This document shows, piece by piece, positions 25,990 to 37,727 of a DNA stretch of 64,000 nt. The first letter of the stretch is position 1. Every line of letters begins with the position of its first letter. Both the position numbers and the translations under genes were made by a program. This stretch comes from Octopus bimaculoides (taxonomy: Eukaryota), in contig NC_068985.1 of assembly GCF_001194135.2 (NCBI RefSeq), positions 94,679,735-94,743,734 of the forward strand, given 5' to 3'. The notes under the pieces were generated by a model. It was not told the origin of the DNA. It did not search any database and worked only from the letters and a program-made list of their open reading frames with translations.

Positions 25990-26600
25990 TCTCTCCCCAC
26001 CTCTCTCTCCCTCTTTTTCTCCGATACTGGCCTTTTTTGCATTGGAACAAATAATACCATAAGGTTTCTGAATAATCTGTACAAGAGTATAGAGGTGTTC
26101 GCACATGACCTAATCATAAGGCATAGTTTAAAGGATTATGGCCAGTTCGAAAACAACAAAGCCTTTGTTACCGTTGCTCAGTATGTAATACGTTTATATA
26201 CGTTGATAGATCTAGCTGAGATAAGGAAGGATTAAAGTTTGATGGTTTATCTCTTGACTCCCTCGCCCCTAACGTTTTTTTCTATTCTACTTAAAATATT
26301 CTCTGCAGCCTTTTCTACACATATTCCCAGTAGCAGTCTTGCTCAATGAGCAATCTGTATTTCCCAAGTGACTTTTTACTTTTATTTTCTGCCTGTTTCT
26401 TGTCATGGAGATATTTGATTTATAGTTCCACGACTGCTTTCATTAAACATTCTTTCATTATCATCGTGTTTTTGTAATAACCGGAATTTGTAAGATAGGC
26501 TGTCTTGGTTGCTTCTATTTGATACACCACATCCATTCAGCGTTCGACGTTTGTTATTCATCTTAACCCGTACAAAAATTGCCACTGAACTTACTTAGTG
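25990..26600 (-). mobile_element. Decayed 3' region of an RNase H-containing (I-group-like) LINE
   Basis: GNTDCSLSKTA (cf. GNExADxLAK), FRTGHNPLNY and ETLWYYLFQC fragments. Confidence 0.4.
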
Positions 26601-27149
26601 TTGCAGTGTGAAAAAAATATGATATATCGAAACCTGGAAAACTATAGAGAAACTTCGTTTAATAGAAAGTAAGAGTGAAACAGATATAAGTTGCTTATTA
26701 TAATTATATATGTAAAAAAAAAAAAAACAAATGACTCTATGTATCTTTATGAATAGCTGTCTTCCAATCTGTCGCCGATAGCTACTACTACATTGTAAAT
26801 ACGTTATTGTGAACTGAAGTGAAATAAATATTGAACATAAATAATGGGACTGAGATTAATAGTGTATTAGCTAAAGATATAAAACATGTCCTGGGTTTCT
26901 TTCGCTTTAGTTGTAAAACATAACTGAAATACATATTAAATAAAAATGTGAAAGAAAATTTAAAATTTATAGTGAGGAATTGTTAGCACAAAAGAAAGAA
27001 GAGACTAAACAGACGAAGTGTAATCGTGCTTAAGTATTGAAATGTATTGCATGTCCTACATTCAGATAAAGACGACGAAGAAGCAGACGAACTATAATGG
27101 ATAAAAGCGGTTAGAAACAAATATAAGTAATAGTATTGGTATATAGTTT

Positions 27150-27360
27150 CGACTTTTGGCAAAAGGCCAGCAATTTCGAGGAGATGGGTAAGTCGATTAC
27201 ATTGACCTCAGTGCAAAACTGGTCCACTTATTTCAGCCTTCCTAAAAGGATGAAGGCAAAGCCGTCCTCGGCGGCATTTGAACTCCGAACATAATATCGC
27301 AAAAATAACTATAAACATTTTGCCCGGCGGGCTAACGATTCTGCCATCTCACCCCGCCTT
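27150..27360 (-). mobile_element. SINE family B
   Basis: Reverse complement of head ggcggggtgagatggcagaatcgttagccc...gagttcaaatgccgccgagg. Confidence 0.75.
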
Positions 27361-27389
27361 AATAATAATAATGATGATAATTAACATCA

Positions 27390-28003
27390 TTATTATTATA
27401 GATGTCGCACAGTATACAATATCGTGAGGTTGTTGATTGAAGATAGTGTCCACTAGGGGTTTGTAATGTTTGTCAAGTCACAACAGGTAACTCAGACAGA
27501 CAGTACTTTACACAATATACGTGCAGTTCCAAATAATGCCGACTTTTGCAATACATCTAGACTGTAGGGCATTCCTAAGGTTTTCAGATGTTTTTTTTTT
27601 TTTTTTCAGACTGGATGGTATTGAAACGAATGCCCCGATGACAATAGGGACAACATTTTTATGTTCGACTCTCGTAGCTGCCACATTTTAACGATCTCAA
27701 TTCTCAGACCTCTATATTTATCAAATTGTTCTCTCTTTGTCATGATGATGTGTTGATCTCTTGGCACTGCTACGTCGATTACTAGGGACTCTTCTTTGTC
27801 CCTCCTAAAGGTTACTATGTCCAGCCTTCGGGGCTCTAACACTTTGTCTGTCTGGAAATCAAAATCCCAGAGGATTTTTGCCTTCCCCTTTTCGTCCATT
27901 ACCTTTTACGGTGTATGTTGGTACCAAGCACCCGAAACCTCATATCCATACTACGCCATAGTAGCTAATGGAGGTTTTGGGCTACTTTGTCGTGTCTATG
28001 CTT
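27390..28003 (-). mobile_element. R4/Dong-like LINE 3' fragment (restriction-like endonuclease)
   Basis: RHDKVAQNLH, WYQHTP, KILWDFDFQTD..RLDIV..VIDVAVPRD..KY, LQKSALFGTARIL; (AAT)n-like tail at ~27390. Confidence 0.85.
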
Positions 28004-28005
28004 GA

Positions 28006-28172
28006 TACGACGGGCTTCTTTCAGTTTCCGTCTACCAAAATCATTCTCAAGGATTTGGTCTGCCCGAGGCTATAGTAGAAGACACTTGCCCAAGGTGCCA
28101 CGCAGTGGGACTGAACCTCGAACTACGTGGCTGGTAAGCAAGCTACTTACCACACAGCCACTGCTACGCCTA
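28006..28172 (-). mobile_element. SINE family C, 5' half
   Basis: Reverse complement of 28846-29005; abuts the Dong-like LINE fragment. Confidence 0.85.
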
Positions 28173-28415
28173 TACTTATCTTTATCACAGAGTCACGTTT
28201 TTATAAGATTACTTGTTTGTCTTTTTTTGTTTTTGTTTTGTTTTGTTTTGTTTTTTTGTCTTCGGATACGACATTCATAAAGCATTCGGTGCAGACATTT
28301 TTTGTTGTTATTATCGTCAGCATCGTTGTTTTTCTTATTGTTGACGTGGTTTATTCTGCTATTGTTAAAAGACTCACCATTATTTTCTGTATTGTAAAAC
28401 ACAAAAATACCTCAC

Positions 28416-28424
28416 TTTTGCAAT
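28416..28424 (-). CDS. Candidate 9-nt microexon ATTGCAAAA (IAK); alternative 14-nt form 28411-28424
   Basis: Acceptor cgcttctttcag and donor AAA|GTGAGG (phase 0-0). A second donor GAG|GTATTT gives a 14-nt phase 0-2 exon (IAKV-R). Confidence 0.4.
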
Positions 28425-28845
28425 CTGAAAGAAGCGATTTATTTTGCAAGATTTTGGTTAATTCCTTTTTTATATACGTATTTTTCTGTGTTTAGCTGTG
28501 CAGCAGTCAATACTTGTGTTTGTACTGAAGCGATTCTTGATGATATTTTATACTGAATATCAGTTAATAGAGATATATTTCAAAAACATTCTCACTTTCG
28601 TTTAACCTTCGGCAAAACAATCAGCAATAAACAGCTTACATTATTCAATTCTGGAAACTGTTCAAAAAAGTAATCCAAAGACAAGAGTGTTGGAAAGTGT
28701 GTTGTTCCACAGTATATTCTAAAGATAATAATAAAAATAATGATAATGATGCTTTATTGACCACGAGGTTTGCAAGAATGTCATTTAGGAAAATACGAAG
28801 ACAAATGACAGTAAGGATTTATATAAAGACATGTAAAAAAAAATT

Positions 28846-29215
28846 AGGAGTGGCTGTGTGGTAAGTAGCTTGCTTACCAACCACATGGTTCCGCGTTCAT
28901 TCCCACTGCGTGGCACCTTGGGCAAGTGTCTTCTACTATAACCTCGGGCAGACCAAAGCCTTGTGAGTGGATTTGGTAGACGGAAACTGAAAGAAGCCCG
29001 TCGTATGTGTGTGTGTGTGTTTGTCCCCCCAACATCGCTTGACAACCGATGCTGGTGTGTTTACGTCCCCCGTAACGTAGCGGTTCGGCAAAAGCGACCG
29101 ATAGAATAAGGACTAGGCTTCCAAAGAATAAGTCCTGGGGTCAATTTGCTCGACTAAAAGGCGGTGCTCCAGCATGGCCACAGTCAAATGAGTGAAACAA
29201 GTAAAAGAGTAAAAG
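28846..29215 (+). mobile_element. SINE family C, full length with internal (TG)n
   Basis: aggagtggctgtgtggtaag...ggcaccttgggcaagtgtcttctactata...aagaagcccgtcgta-(TG)n-...gaaacaagtaaaagag; several copies in the window. Confidence 0.9.
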
Positions 29216-29229
29216 ATTTACAACAGAAA

Positions 29230-30765
29230 CGTTCTAACGACAAAATTCCTAAATAGAGTGGGAATGCCAACTAGGGACAACCAAGGAACCCCATAGATTC
29301 CGAGTCACTCTACACACGAAGAGTTCTCTCATCTCCGTACCCTTCAGTCTATAGGCGAACCTTAGAGTAGGCCCATTCACTCGGGCAATCTTTGCTACAT
29401 TCACCCACCTACAAATTTAGCCCCATCTCCTCTATCTCTCCCTCTACACCCTCATTGTCCTGTTTCTGTAGCGAGCTATCTACAAGGAAGCCAGCAAATA
29501 AATCTTGTATAAGAGGATGAAGCTTGTAAGGCAGATCATCCAGCCCCTGAAGCCACTGCCACGTGTAATTTCTTCATGTGTTTCGTAAGCTCTTGTCGAG
29601 ATTTTGTAGAACTTTGCGTCCATATTCGTGAGGTGCAGTACGTTGGTGGTAAAGTCCACATCCGTCTTCGGTTCGTTATCTGCCTCAAATAGCTAAGCGA
29701 AGAGCCACCAAGAAGTCGTACACATCTGCTTGGAATCAAGTAGCCCTCTCAAAACATTAAGGGTCGAAATGCAATTCTCTCATCAAGTAGTGCCTCAACC
29801 ACATGGCTCATCGAACGGCTCTCGTTCTCTAATTCCTTAGAGTCAGCACCTAACATATGACTACGCAATCTTTGTGCTCAGTGCAAAAGAATTGGTCAAA
29901 AACCCATTTCGCTGCCAACACACCGCTAAGAACATCTTGCTTAAACGCTTCTTAGTTGCTGAGTTGTTCTTCAACCACCCTAGAACAATCTATCAATGTC
30001 TCCTTTCGATTTTATAGTAACATCGTATTCTAATATAACATTCTTGAGGCTAGCCACCGTGGATTCTTGACATTACACCTGTTATCTTCCTATTAACTAT
30101 TTCACTAAATCTGTCTCTGCAAACTTGGCACACCGGATATGATACATTCAGTTCCCAGTCACAGGATCTTTCTTTACTTATGATCTGTGTGGCAAACAAC
30201 TTTGATTTGTAGACAACCCATATTATGCTTATCTGTTGGTCTACAAAGTACTCTATCTTGATAGGATTTGTGGGACCTGATATTCTTTGCTCATGCCCAC
30301 ATTAGTATAATTTAGAAATCCAATCTGTACATGTGGGCCAAATGGAATCGACTGGGGTTTGCGATGCACGTATCACAACTATCAGCTAACCCCACATAAT
30401 CTAGATATGTATTCAAGATGGCGCTCCGATTTCCCACTAACACTAAAGATTGGAATTTTCCCAAGAAAGCATCCAGATGCCTGGAGAAGTCCGGCCGTCT
30501 CGCTCTATTTGTCTAATTTTAAAAGGCAGCAGCTTCGCTACTGCTCTCGATCAGAATCACAGCCTTACCGCCCGGATCCAGGTGAATCGACCGTCTCTCG
30601 AGGGTCAGATTTTTCCGTCACAGCACTGTTACCCGTCTTCTTGCCGGACCGAGTATGAGATTCGAAGATCTCAAATTAGCCAAAAATAGGTGCTAAGCAC
30701 GCATGTGTCGGAAATCCTGGTCTCCACGATTGCTATTAGATCGAAACCAAACGATCTGATGTCAT
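29230..30765 (-). mobile_element. Decayed L1/Tx1-clade LINE ORF2 (APE domain to RT start)
   Basis: FDLIAIVETRIS, LVLVGNRSAILNTYLDYVG, SYQDRVLCR, HTDHK and GLDDLPYKLH in shifting frames. Confidence 0.7.
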
Positions 30766-30769
30766 TAGA

Positions 30770-31290
30770 CAAGCGACTCTCCTCCCATGATCCCAGCCCG
30801 CGCACATTTATTCACCTTATAACACTGAAAACCAGGTGTTGTTGTTCTTGTGAATAAAATGGAGGAAAAAACCTGTTTAGTCATAAATATTGCAGTCTCT
30901 AGTAATGGTTGATTATCAGAAGAGAAGAGAAACAGGTTACATATGATGACGTGAAGTGGAAAAAATACTGTGGTCATTGAAGGTGGTGAATGCTATACAG
31001 AGGACCTAGCCATTGAATTACAGAGACTGTGGAAAGTGCGGGTAAAATGTATTCCAGTAACTATGGGTTACAGGTGCATTCGGAACTCTCCCAAAAGATC
31101 TGAACAGATGGATAGAGGAAATAGGCGTAAAACCCAGTTAGCACAGCTCCAGAAAACCGTGTTATTAGGGTCAGCTAGGATATTTAGGAGAGTTGTTGGC
31201 ATCTAAGGTTACTTGTTGAAGCCCGATGTTAAGATATTTTCTTTTCCAACCGTTTAGTTTGTTGTGTGTACGATAATAATAATAATAATA
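30770..31290 (+). mobile_element. R4/Dong-like LINE 3' fragment, older subfamily
   Basis: KTCLVINIAV, EDLAIELQRLWKVRVKCIPV, LQKTVLLGSARIFRRV*; (ATA)n tail. Confidence 0.8.
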
Positions 31291-31728
31291 GGAGGATATC
31301 TCGCGCTACTACATAGCCATTATCTCTCGTTGTTGCTCTCTCTCTCACGCTCGCTCTCCCTCCCTTTCTCTGTCACTTTCTATCCCTCTCTCTTGCTTTC
31401 GATATTTGCTTGTCTTTACTTGTTGCTTATGTTGTTTATTCACATGTGTTTAGCTCCGATCAAACTTGTAGTTATTGCAAATATTTATTAACTAACATCA
31501 GAGAAGAATTTGGAAATTAATCTAAATTGAAACACGTCATTATACAAAGAAGTCTGTGATTTACAGAGAATGTTTGCTGGAAATGTACAGAAGTGTTGTG
31601 AATAGAAAGAAATTAATCACAATGTATANNNNNNNNNNNNNNNNNNNNNNNNNNNNNNNNNNNNNNNNNNNNNNNNNNNNNNNNNNNNNNNNNNNNNNNN
31701 NNNNNNNNNNNNNNNNNNNNNNNNNNNN

Positions 31729-31762
<34 letters not shown>

Positions 31763-32630
31763 TGTATCTTTGTATGTATAATATGTGTAACTTGCGCACA
31801 TTTTGATTCTCCTCACATGATGCACATTGTGTGAAACTAACAATCTCTAAACTTATATTGTTTGTCCATTTTGTCATTTGCTTTCCCAATGGCCTTCCTA
31901 TGTGTTCAGTTATATCAGATCTCTCTATTTATTACTTTTAATAAACAATATCGTTATTTCATATTTTCAACGAAAACCACCCCCAATATTTCATGCTTAC
32001 TTTTTTTATATCTTAATGGCATCGTTTTCACGTTTCTGTAATAGTTTGTATATTGCCACATTTAAACCCAGCATTGACTTCTAAAATCCTTTAATGTACA
32101 TACTTAATATACACTACAAAGGGGAATTTTCGTAATAATGTTCCCCGTTTATTCCTATATATTTACGCCGTTATTAGTATAATTTTTATGCTATATAAAT
32201 CCATTTTCCCCACTGAAGCTAAAATAAGTTTACACGTGAGAGAGGTTGTTTGTTGCAGTTCGTGAGAGAGTTTGTTTATCTTACATGTCACTGAGAGAAA
32301 TAAAAAAAACAAAAACAACGAAAGGTTTACACAAATACAGTATAATATCAGTATTAAGGTTTGGAGTTATTTTCTTATGGACAATAGAACAGCAAGTAAT
32401 ATTTATATTGTTCCAACAGCAGAACAGTTGGGATCTGGCAGAATCTTTATCGCATCAAACATTTCCTCCAGTTCTTTACGTTCTGAATTCAACAAGCGCT
32501 GAAATCCACTTTGCCATCCCTCAAGCAGGTGGCAGTAAAATATTGTAGGAGTCAAGCACTGAGGTCGGTGTAATTGATTAAACCCCTTTCGCTTAAAACT
32601 ACTGTACCAAAATTTAAAACAACTATCAAA

Positions 32631-32835
32631 AGGTAGCGAGTTGGCGGAATCGTTAGGGTGACGGACAAAATGCTTGGATGCATTTATTCGGGCTTTCTTG
32701 TCCACAGTTCAATTTCTGTTGAGGTCGACTTTGAATTTTACCCTTTAGGGGTTGTAAAATAAATATCGGTTCAGTACTAGGGTAGATGTAATCGACTCTT
32801 TCCACATCCCTGAAATTGCCCGCCGTGTGCCAAAA
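32631..32835 (+). mobile_element. SINE family B, diverged
   Basis: gcgagttggcggaatcgttagg...gaggtcgactttg...gatgtaatcgact. Confidence 0.7.
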
Positions 32836-33828
32836 ATCTCACAGTGAGAAAGAGATATTGTCATGCCGTATTAAGCGCACTTTTATATTCTGAGTTCAAC
32901 TCTCATCACTTTGCATTTAATCCTTCGTGGGTCGATAAATCAAAGTATACATCAAGCTCTGAGGAAAATGGTGAGGTACCACGCTTGATTCAAAATTACT
33001 ACTAATTTACTGCCTAAACGCGAAATATTACCGTTTCGTACGTGTTGCGGGTGCGAGTTTAAATCGAAACCTCAGTAAGTACGTTTCTGCTATGGCATAC
33101 ATGTCGTTGGTATAAGAATAGAAATTATATCTCGTTTCCTCGTCCGTTACAACACATGGTCACCTCCAACCGAGAAGTTGTGATCAAATTTGATGCAAGA
33201 TTTTCTTGGGCTGGGAAAAACTACATTATTTCCTAAGTGGATCAATGTTACCACATATTCTTTGATAGCTGTATCGTATTAGTTATCATGATTGTAAAAC
33301 GAAATACTGAGTTCTTGCTAGCGATTAATATCCCCATCCCCACTGAAATTGTTCGTCGTGCCAAAAATTCATAATTAGAAATAGTTATTGTCATGCGATA
33401 TTTAGCGCACGACTTTTATATTCTGAGTTCAACTCTTACCATTTTGCATTTTACTCTTCGTGGGTCGATAAATTAAAGTACACATCAGCTTATGGGGGAA
33501 ATGGTGATGGACAATGTTTTCTTCACAATTACTACTAATTTGTGGCCTAAACGCGAAATATAACCCTTTCGTAATTGTCGCGAGTGCGAGTTCGAATACT
33601 GCCATACCATCTTCGCCTTTAATCCTTCCAGGGATGATCTGGTAAAATGCTCTCAACGGTTAGGGAGTCATTTAATCAAATATCCACTTCCTCTAAATAT
33701 CTAGCGTTTTGGAATTTTTTGCAGTCAGTAATAAAATATATAATCGCTTAATAAAAATCCTTATGCAAAATCTATTTTCAGTGCAGTCAGACACGTTATG
33801 GAGAAGTACATACACGCACACACCGATC

Positions 33829-34262
33829 GTAGCACTCCGTCGGTTACGACGACGAGGGTTCCAGTTGATCCGATCAACGGAACAGCCTGCTCGTGAAATT
33901 AACATGTAAGTGGCTGAGCACTCGACAGACACGTGTACCCTTAACGTAGTTCTCGGGGAGATTCAGCGTGACACAGTGTATGACAAGACTGGCCCTTTGA
34001 AATACAAGTACAACAGAAACAGGAAGAAAGAGTGAGAGAAAGTTGTGGTGAAAGAGTATAGGAGGGTTCGCCACCATACTCTGCCGGAGCCTTGTGGAGC
34101 TTTAGGTGTTTTCGCTCAATAAATACTCACAATGCCCGGTCTGGGAATCGAAACCGCGATCCTATNNNNNNNNNNTACTCACAATGCCCGGTCTGGGAAT
34201 CGAAACCGCGATCCTATGACCACGAGTCCGCTGCCCTAACCACTGGGCCATTGCGCCTGCAC
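33829..34262 (-). mobile_element. SINE family A, reverse copy
   Basis: Reverse complement of 3280-3647; contains a 10-N gap with duplicated flanks. Confidence 0.85.
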
Positions 34263-34852
34263 TCGCACATATCATGGAACCCTTATGATGCCTGTATTAA
34301 CTTGAAGCCTTATGGCTGTGGATATGATCACCGTAACTCTTTAAATTGACACATATTATAATTAACTCATCTATTATTTCAAATTCGTTAATTACGAAAA
34401 AAAAATTGTTTTGACACAACTTAATACTCTGTTGAACACGTCTTACTAAAGTGTCTACATGACGTGACATCAAGTTAGCTGCAAAAAACAAACCCCAAAA
34501 CAGCATACTTCGTTATATAAGGATATTAAAATTTCTTTAAAAAAATATTTTGTGAAAAAAAAACATATCGGAGAAATAGTGTCAAGTACATTTCTAATCA
34601 TCCTAATGGAAACAATAAATATATTGATATTTTAATGGATTTAGTCTGCTAAAATATTTACAAAGCAGAAAATATAAATTTGGTTCCCTTTCTTCTTGTG
34701 CTTCATATAATATTTACCAAGATGAAATACCTATCAGGAAAGCAGCCACTATTTTTGTTCTGTTTTACCACTTTTAATATCCGATAATTTTGAACGTCAT
34801 GTGTCGTGGCTTACGTCCATCAATTGCTTTAGAAAACTTTCAGACAACTTGC

Positions 34853-34903
34853 CATTAGTAGTTCATCTGACCCCAACCATTTCCTGCTTTCTGAAGTAGC
34901 CAT
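34853..34903 (-). CDS. Candidate first coding exon of an unrecognised microexon-rich gene (MATSESRKWLGSDELLM)
   Basis: ATG in aataacaATGG context. Acceptor ttctgtcag upstream (exon would start at 34924). Ends at a non-canonical but consensus-matching ATG|GCAAGT donor in phase 0; read-through hits TAA after 24 codons. Manual splice-signal reading only. Confidence 0.5.
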
Positions 34904-35814
34904 TGTTATTTTAATAAAGATAAGCTGACAGAATACTCTTTAAAACAATACATTTCTAAATTATTCTAGTTATTTAACAATTTTTTTCAGTACAATCATT
35001 ACAGCATTTTCGCTATTTAAAATGTTATATTGAAGATAATTTATGGAAAATTGTCATTTTTTTTTAATCAACACATGTGTGTAAAGACAGTAAAATCAAA
35101 CTTTTACAATAAATCTTTTTACATAGATAAATGAAATGCATTGTTATTTTTCAAGATTACTAATAGCAATTTTAAATAAAAGAATGCAAAAAAAAAAAAA
35201 GACAAGATTTTACATCACACTTAAAAGCTATTTTATTTAACTAATTTTATTATTTTTTATCCAAATACCTTGAAATAAAACAAAACTGAAATATTTGCAT
35301 TTAGAATTAAGTTTATAGTACTGGTTGGGTAAATTGGTTGACTACATACGTCAGATAATTAAGGTAGGTTGGAAGAAGGCAATCGAGTCATTTGGTAGAA
35401 AATCGAAACCACAACAAACACGTTTCTGTTATGGCATAAATGTGGTTGGTATAAAAACAGAAATTATATCTCGTTTCCTCACTCGTTAAAATACATGGCT
35501 TTGGACCATATCCAACGGAAAAGTTCTTGTATGTGATATTACTTTCCCTCCTGTTGACAGTCAATTCCTCAGTAGGGCTTAATTCCACATTGGTTCCTTC
35601 TCGCCGCTTCATTTCGGATTAATTTTTCCGTTTATCCCATTCCATTCCATGTTTTTTTAATGTTTGCCATCTCCGCAAAGCTTCTATCTCCTCTCGCGCG
35701 TTTCTCCATCTTACTCCACAAATTATCTGACAGCTCTGACTGTTCCAAAGAGAATAGTTCCGAGCAGCTGATATCCGAGTCGCTTATATCTTTTAAAATT
35801 TCCACTTGACTTAC

Positions 35815-35955
35815 CTTCCACTACGAGGAGGGAAAGTACAAACAAGCTACCACAATATAACACCAAATAATACTACTTCAACTCACCAGAATGTTCGAAG
35901 AAATTTCCTATAATTTCGGAAAACCAGGAAGTTACGTAAATTGCCTATCCAATAG
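35815..35955 (-). promoter_or_regulatory. Candidate promoter / non-coding first exon
   Basis: Donors GAAG|GTAAGT (exon end 35815) and CTG|GTGAGT (35887). CAGGAAGT overlaps TTACGTAA (35925-35939), TTC-N3-GAA at 35894-35902, CCAAT at 35949-35953. CpG-richer sequence in 35560-35830. Confidence 0.35.
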
Positions 35956-36424
35956 TGTTATACCGCTAAACTTAATGGGTATTCACAAGCAATGTGTTCG
36001 TGGCTAGTTAATGGGTTGGATGTGATGCTGATGAAAGTGCAATAACTCTTCAAATTTGCATATACCCTCATTACTTAGATTTTCTATCCTAGATCGCATT
36101 GTTTATTTACGACATTTCGTATACGAATATGTTTAAGTTCCAGTGCTGGCTGAATTCTATAGAAAATCTGTTGAGTTAAACTTAAAAATGTTTATTACCA
36201 GTTACAACACATTGATAATCGACTTAAAAGAGCGATTGAATAGAAGATTTTAATTCTAGAATAGATTAATTTATGTTTCTGGCAAATAGAGAAAAATATT
36301 TTGCTAAAAGAGACATTCGGTATTTCTTGTCAATCATTTAATTACGTAATAAGAATCAACTTAATTCTTGACTATGATTTATTCGAAGTCTAACCTACAG
36401 TTCTGTGTTGAAAACGATATTCTT

Positions 36425-36502
36425 ATACTATAGAGTGTGGTTAGGACAATGGATTCGCCGTCGAAGGATCGCGGTTTCGATTGCCAGACCGGGCATTATG
36501 AG
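36425..36502 (+). mobile_element. SINE family A head fragment
   Basis: ggattcgccgtcgaaggatcgcggtttcgattgccagaccgggcatt matches 3310-3360. Confidence 0.6.
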
Positions 36503-37227
36503 GAAAATTAAATGTGAACTTAAATGCGCGTATTTATTGGGCACTATGACACTCTCAAAGTAAAATTAAATCAATTTATTCGTTTTATCAGAATTTACAA
36601 TTTGATAATTTATTCACTGCAATAACGTAGAAGGTATAAAATTAACATATTGCTAATATTTCATAGAGAATGTAATATAATGTGGTCAGAGTTTGTGTTC
36701 ACAAATTGTATTGAAGTTGTGATAGGTTCTAAGAATAGATTGAAGTTGACGTACGTACTACTGATTTTTATAAGATTTCTAAAAGATCTGCATAACTCTA
36801 GGAAAATGTGATACTTCATGTGAACACACGACGTCGACAGATAATAATAATAATAATAAGGCAAATTTGTTTTGTGATTTATAAAAACAGTATGTCCACG
36901 TGAAAACAAATTCGATTTCCTTCCGATTATACATCATTTCATATTCATTTTGACAATGATATATAACGTAATAAATTATATTTCTTCAGAGATTTCAAGT
37001 ATAGTGATTGAAAGTTATCAGCGATATATGTGTATTAACTGCATTGGAATTGGCAGTGAAATCGGAAACTAATTTGCAACTTTGCTTACTACTTTTTTGT
37101 GGAAGAAAATGGAATCCAACTTGCTATTGTTACCATTATTATAGACATCTGGAGACTGGTTATATGAGCATGCAAACATAATAATTTGTATGAACGTAGT
37201 ATAAAAAATAGAATATACAGAATAATA

Positions 37228-37287
<60 letters not shown>

Positions 37288-37304
37288 GTCTGTCTGTCTA
37301 ACAA

Positions 37305-37351
<47 letters not shown>

Positions 37352-37404
37352 ATCTATGTATCTATCTATCTATCTGTCTGTCTGTCTGTCTGTCTGTCTG
37401 TATA

Positions 37405-37555
37405 TACTTTTATTCTTTTACTTGTTTCGGTCATTTGACTGCGACCATGCTGGAGCACTGCCTGGTGTTATTTACTCGCAAGTGCTTTAGTCGAAGGAAT
37501 CGACCCCACGACTTATTCTTTGTGAGCCTGGTACTTATTCTATCGCTTTTCTTTT
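37405..37555 (-). mobile_element. SINE family C, 3' fragment
   Basis: ttttacttgtttcggtcatttgactgcgaccatgctggagcac...gacttattctttgtgagcctggtacttattctatcg. Confidence 0.8.
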
Positions 37556-37682
37556 TCTGAACCTCGTTCAGAGATTTATTATTGCTTGTTTACACTTTTT
37601 CGAGATCAGTGACTTTTCGACACTGGAAAAAGGATATATGTATTTGCATTGGGACCCCTTCGCATCGAAGACCGGTGATTGT

Positions 37683-37727
37683 CGTATGCTGACGACGGGT
37701 AAATTTCCAGAAACCTCGGTCCATGCG
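37683..37727 (+). ncRNA. Minimal type I hammerhead ribozyme, intact core
   Basis: CGTATG-CTGACGA-c-GGG..CC-a-GAAA-CC tc GG-TC-CATGCG. Stem I CGTATG/CATGCG, extendable by GTGAT/ATCAC. GUC triplet with predicted cleavage after 37721. Confidence 0.7.

Noticed and set aside
34122-34217. Exact tandem duplication around a 10-N gap (also 54295-54385)
   Set aside because: Typical unmerged contig overlap, i.e. an assembly artefact.
8541-34903. Similarity of the spliced peptide to AKAP helices or RasGEF REM domains
   Set aside because: Only a generic amphipathic pattern seen by eye; no gene name is justified without an HMM search.
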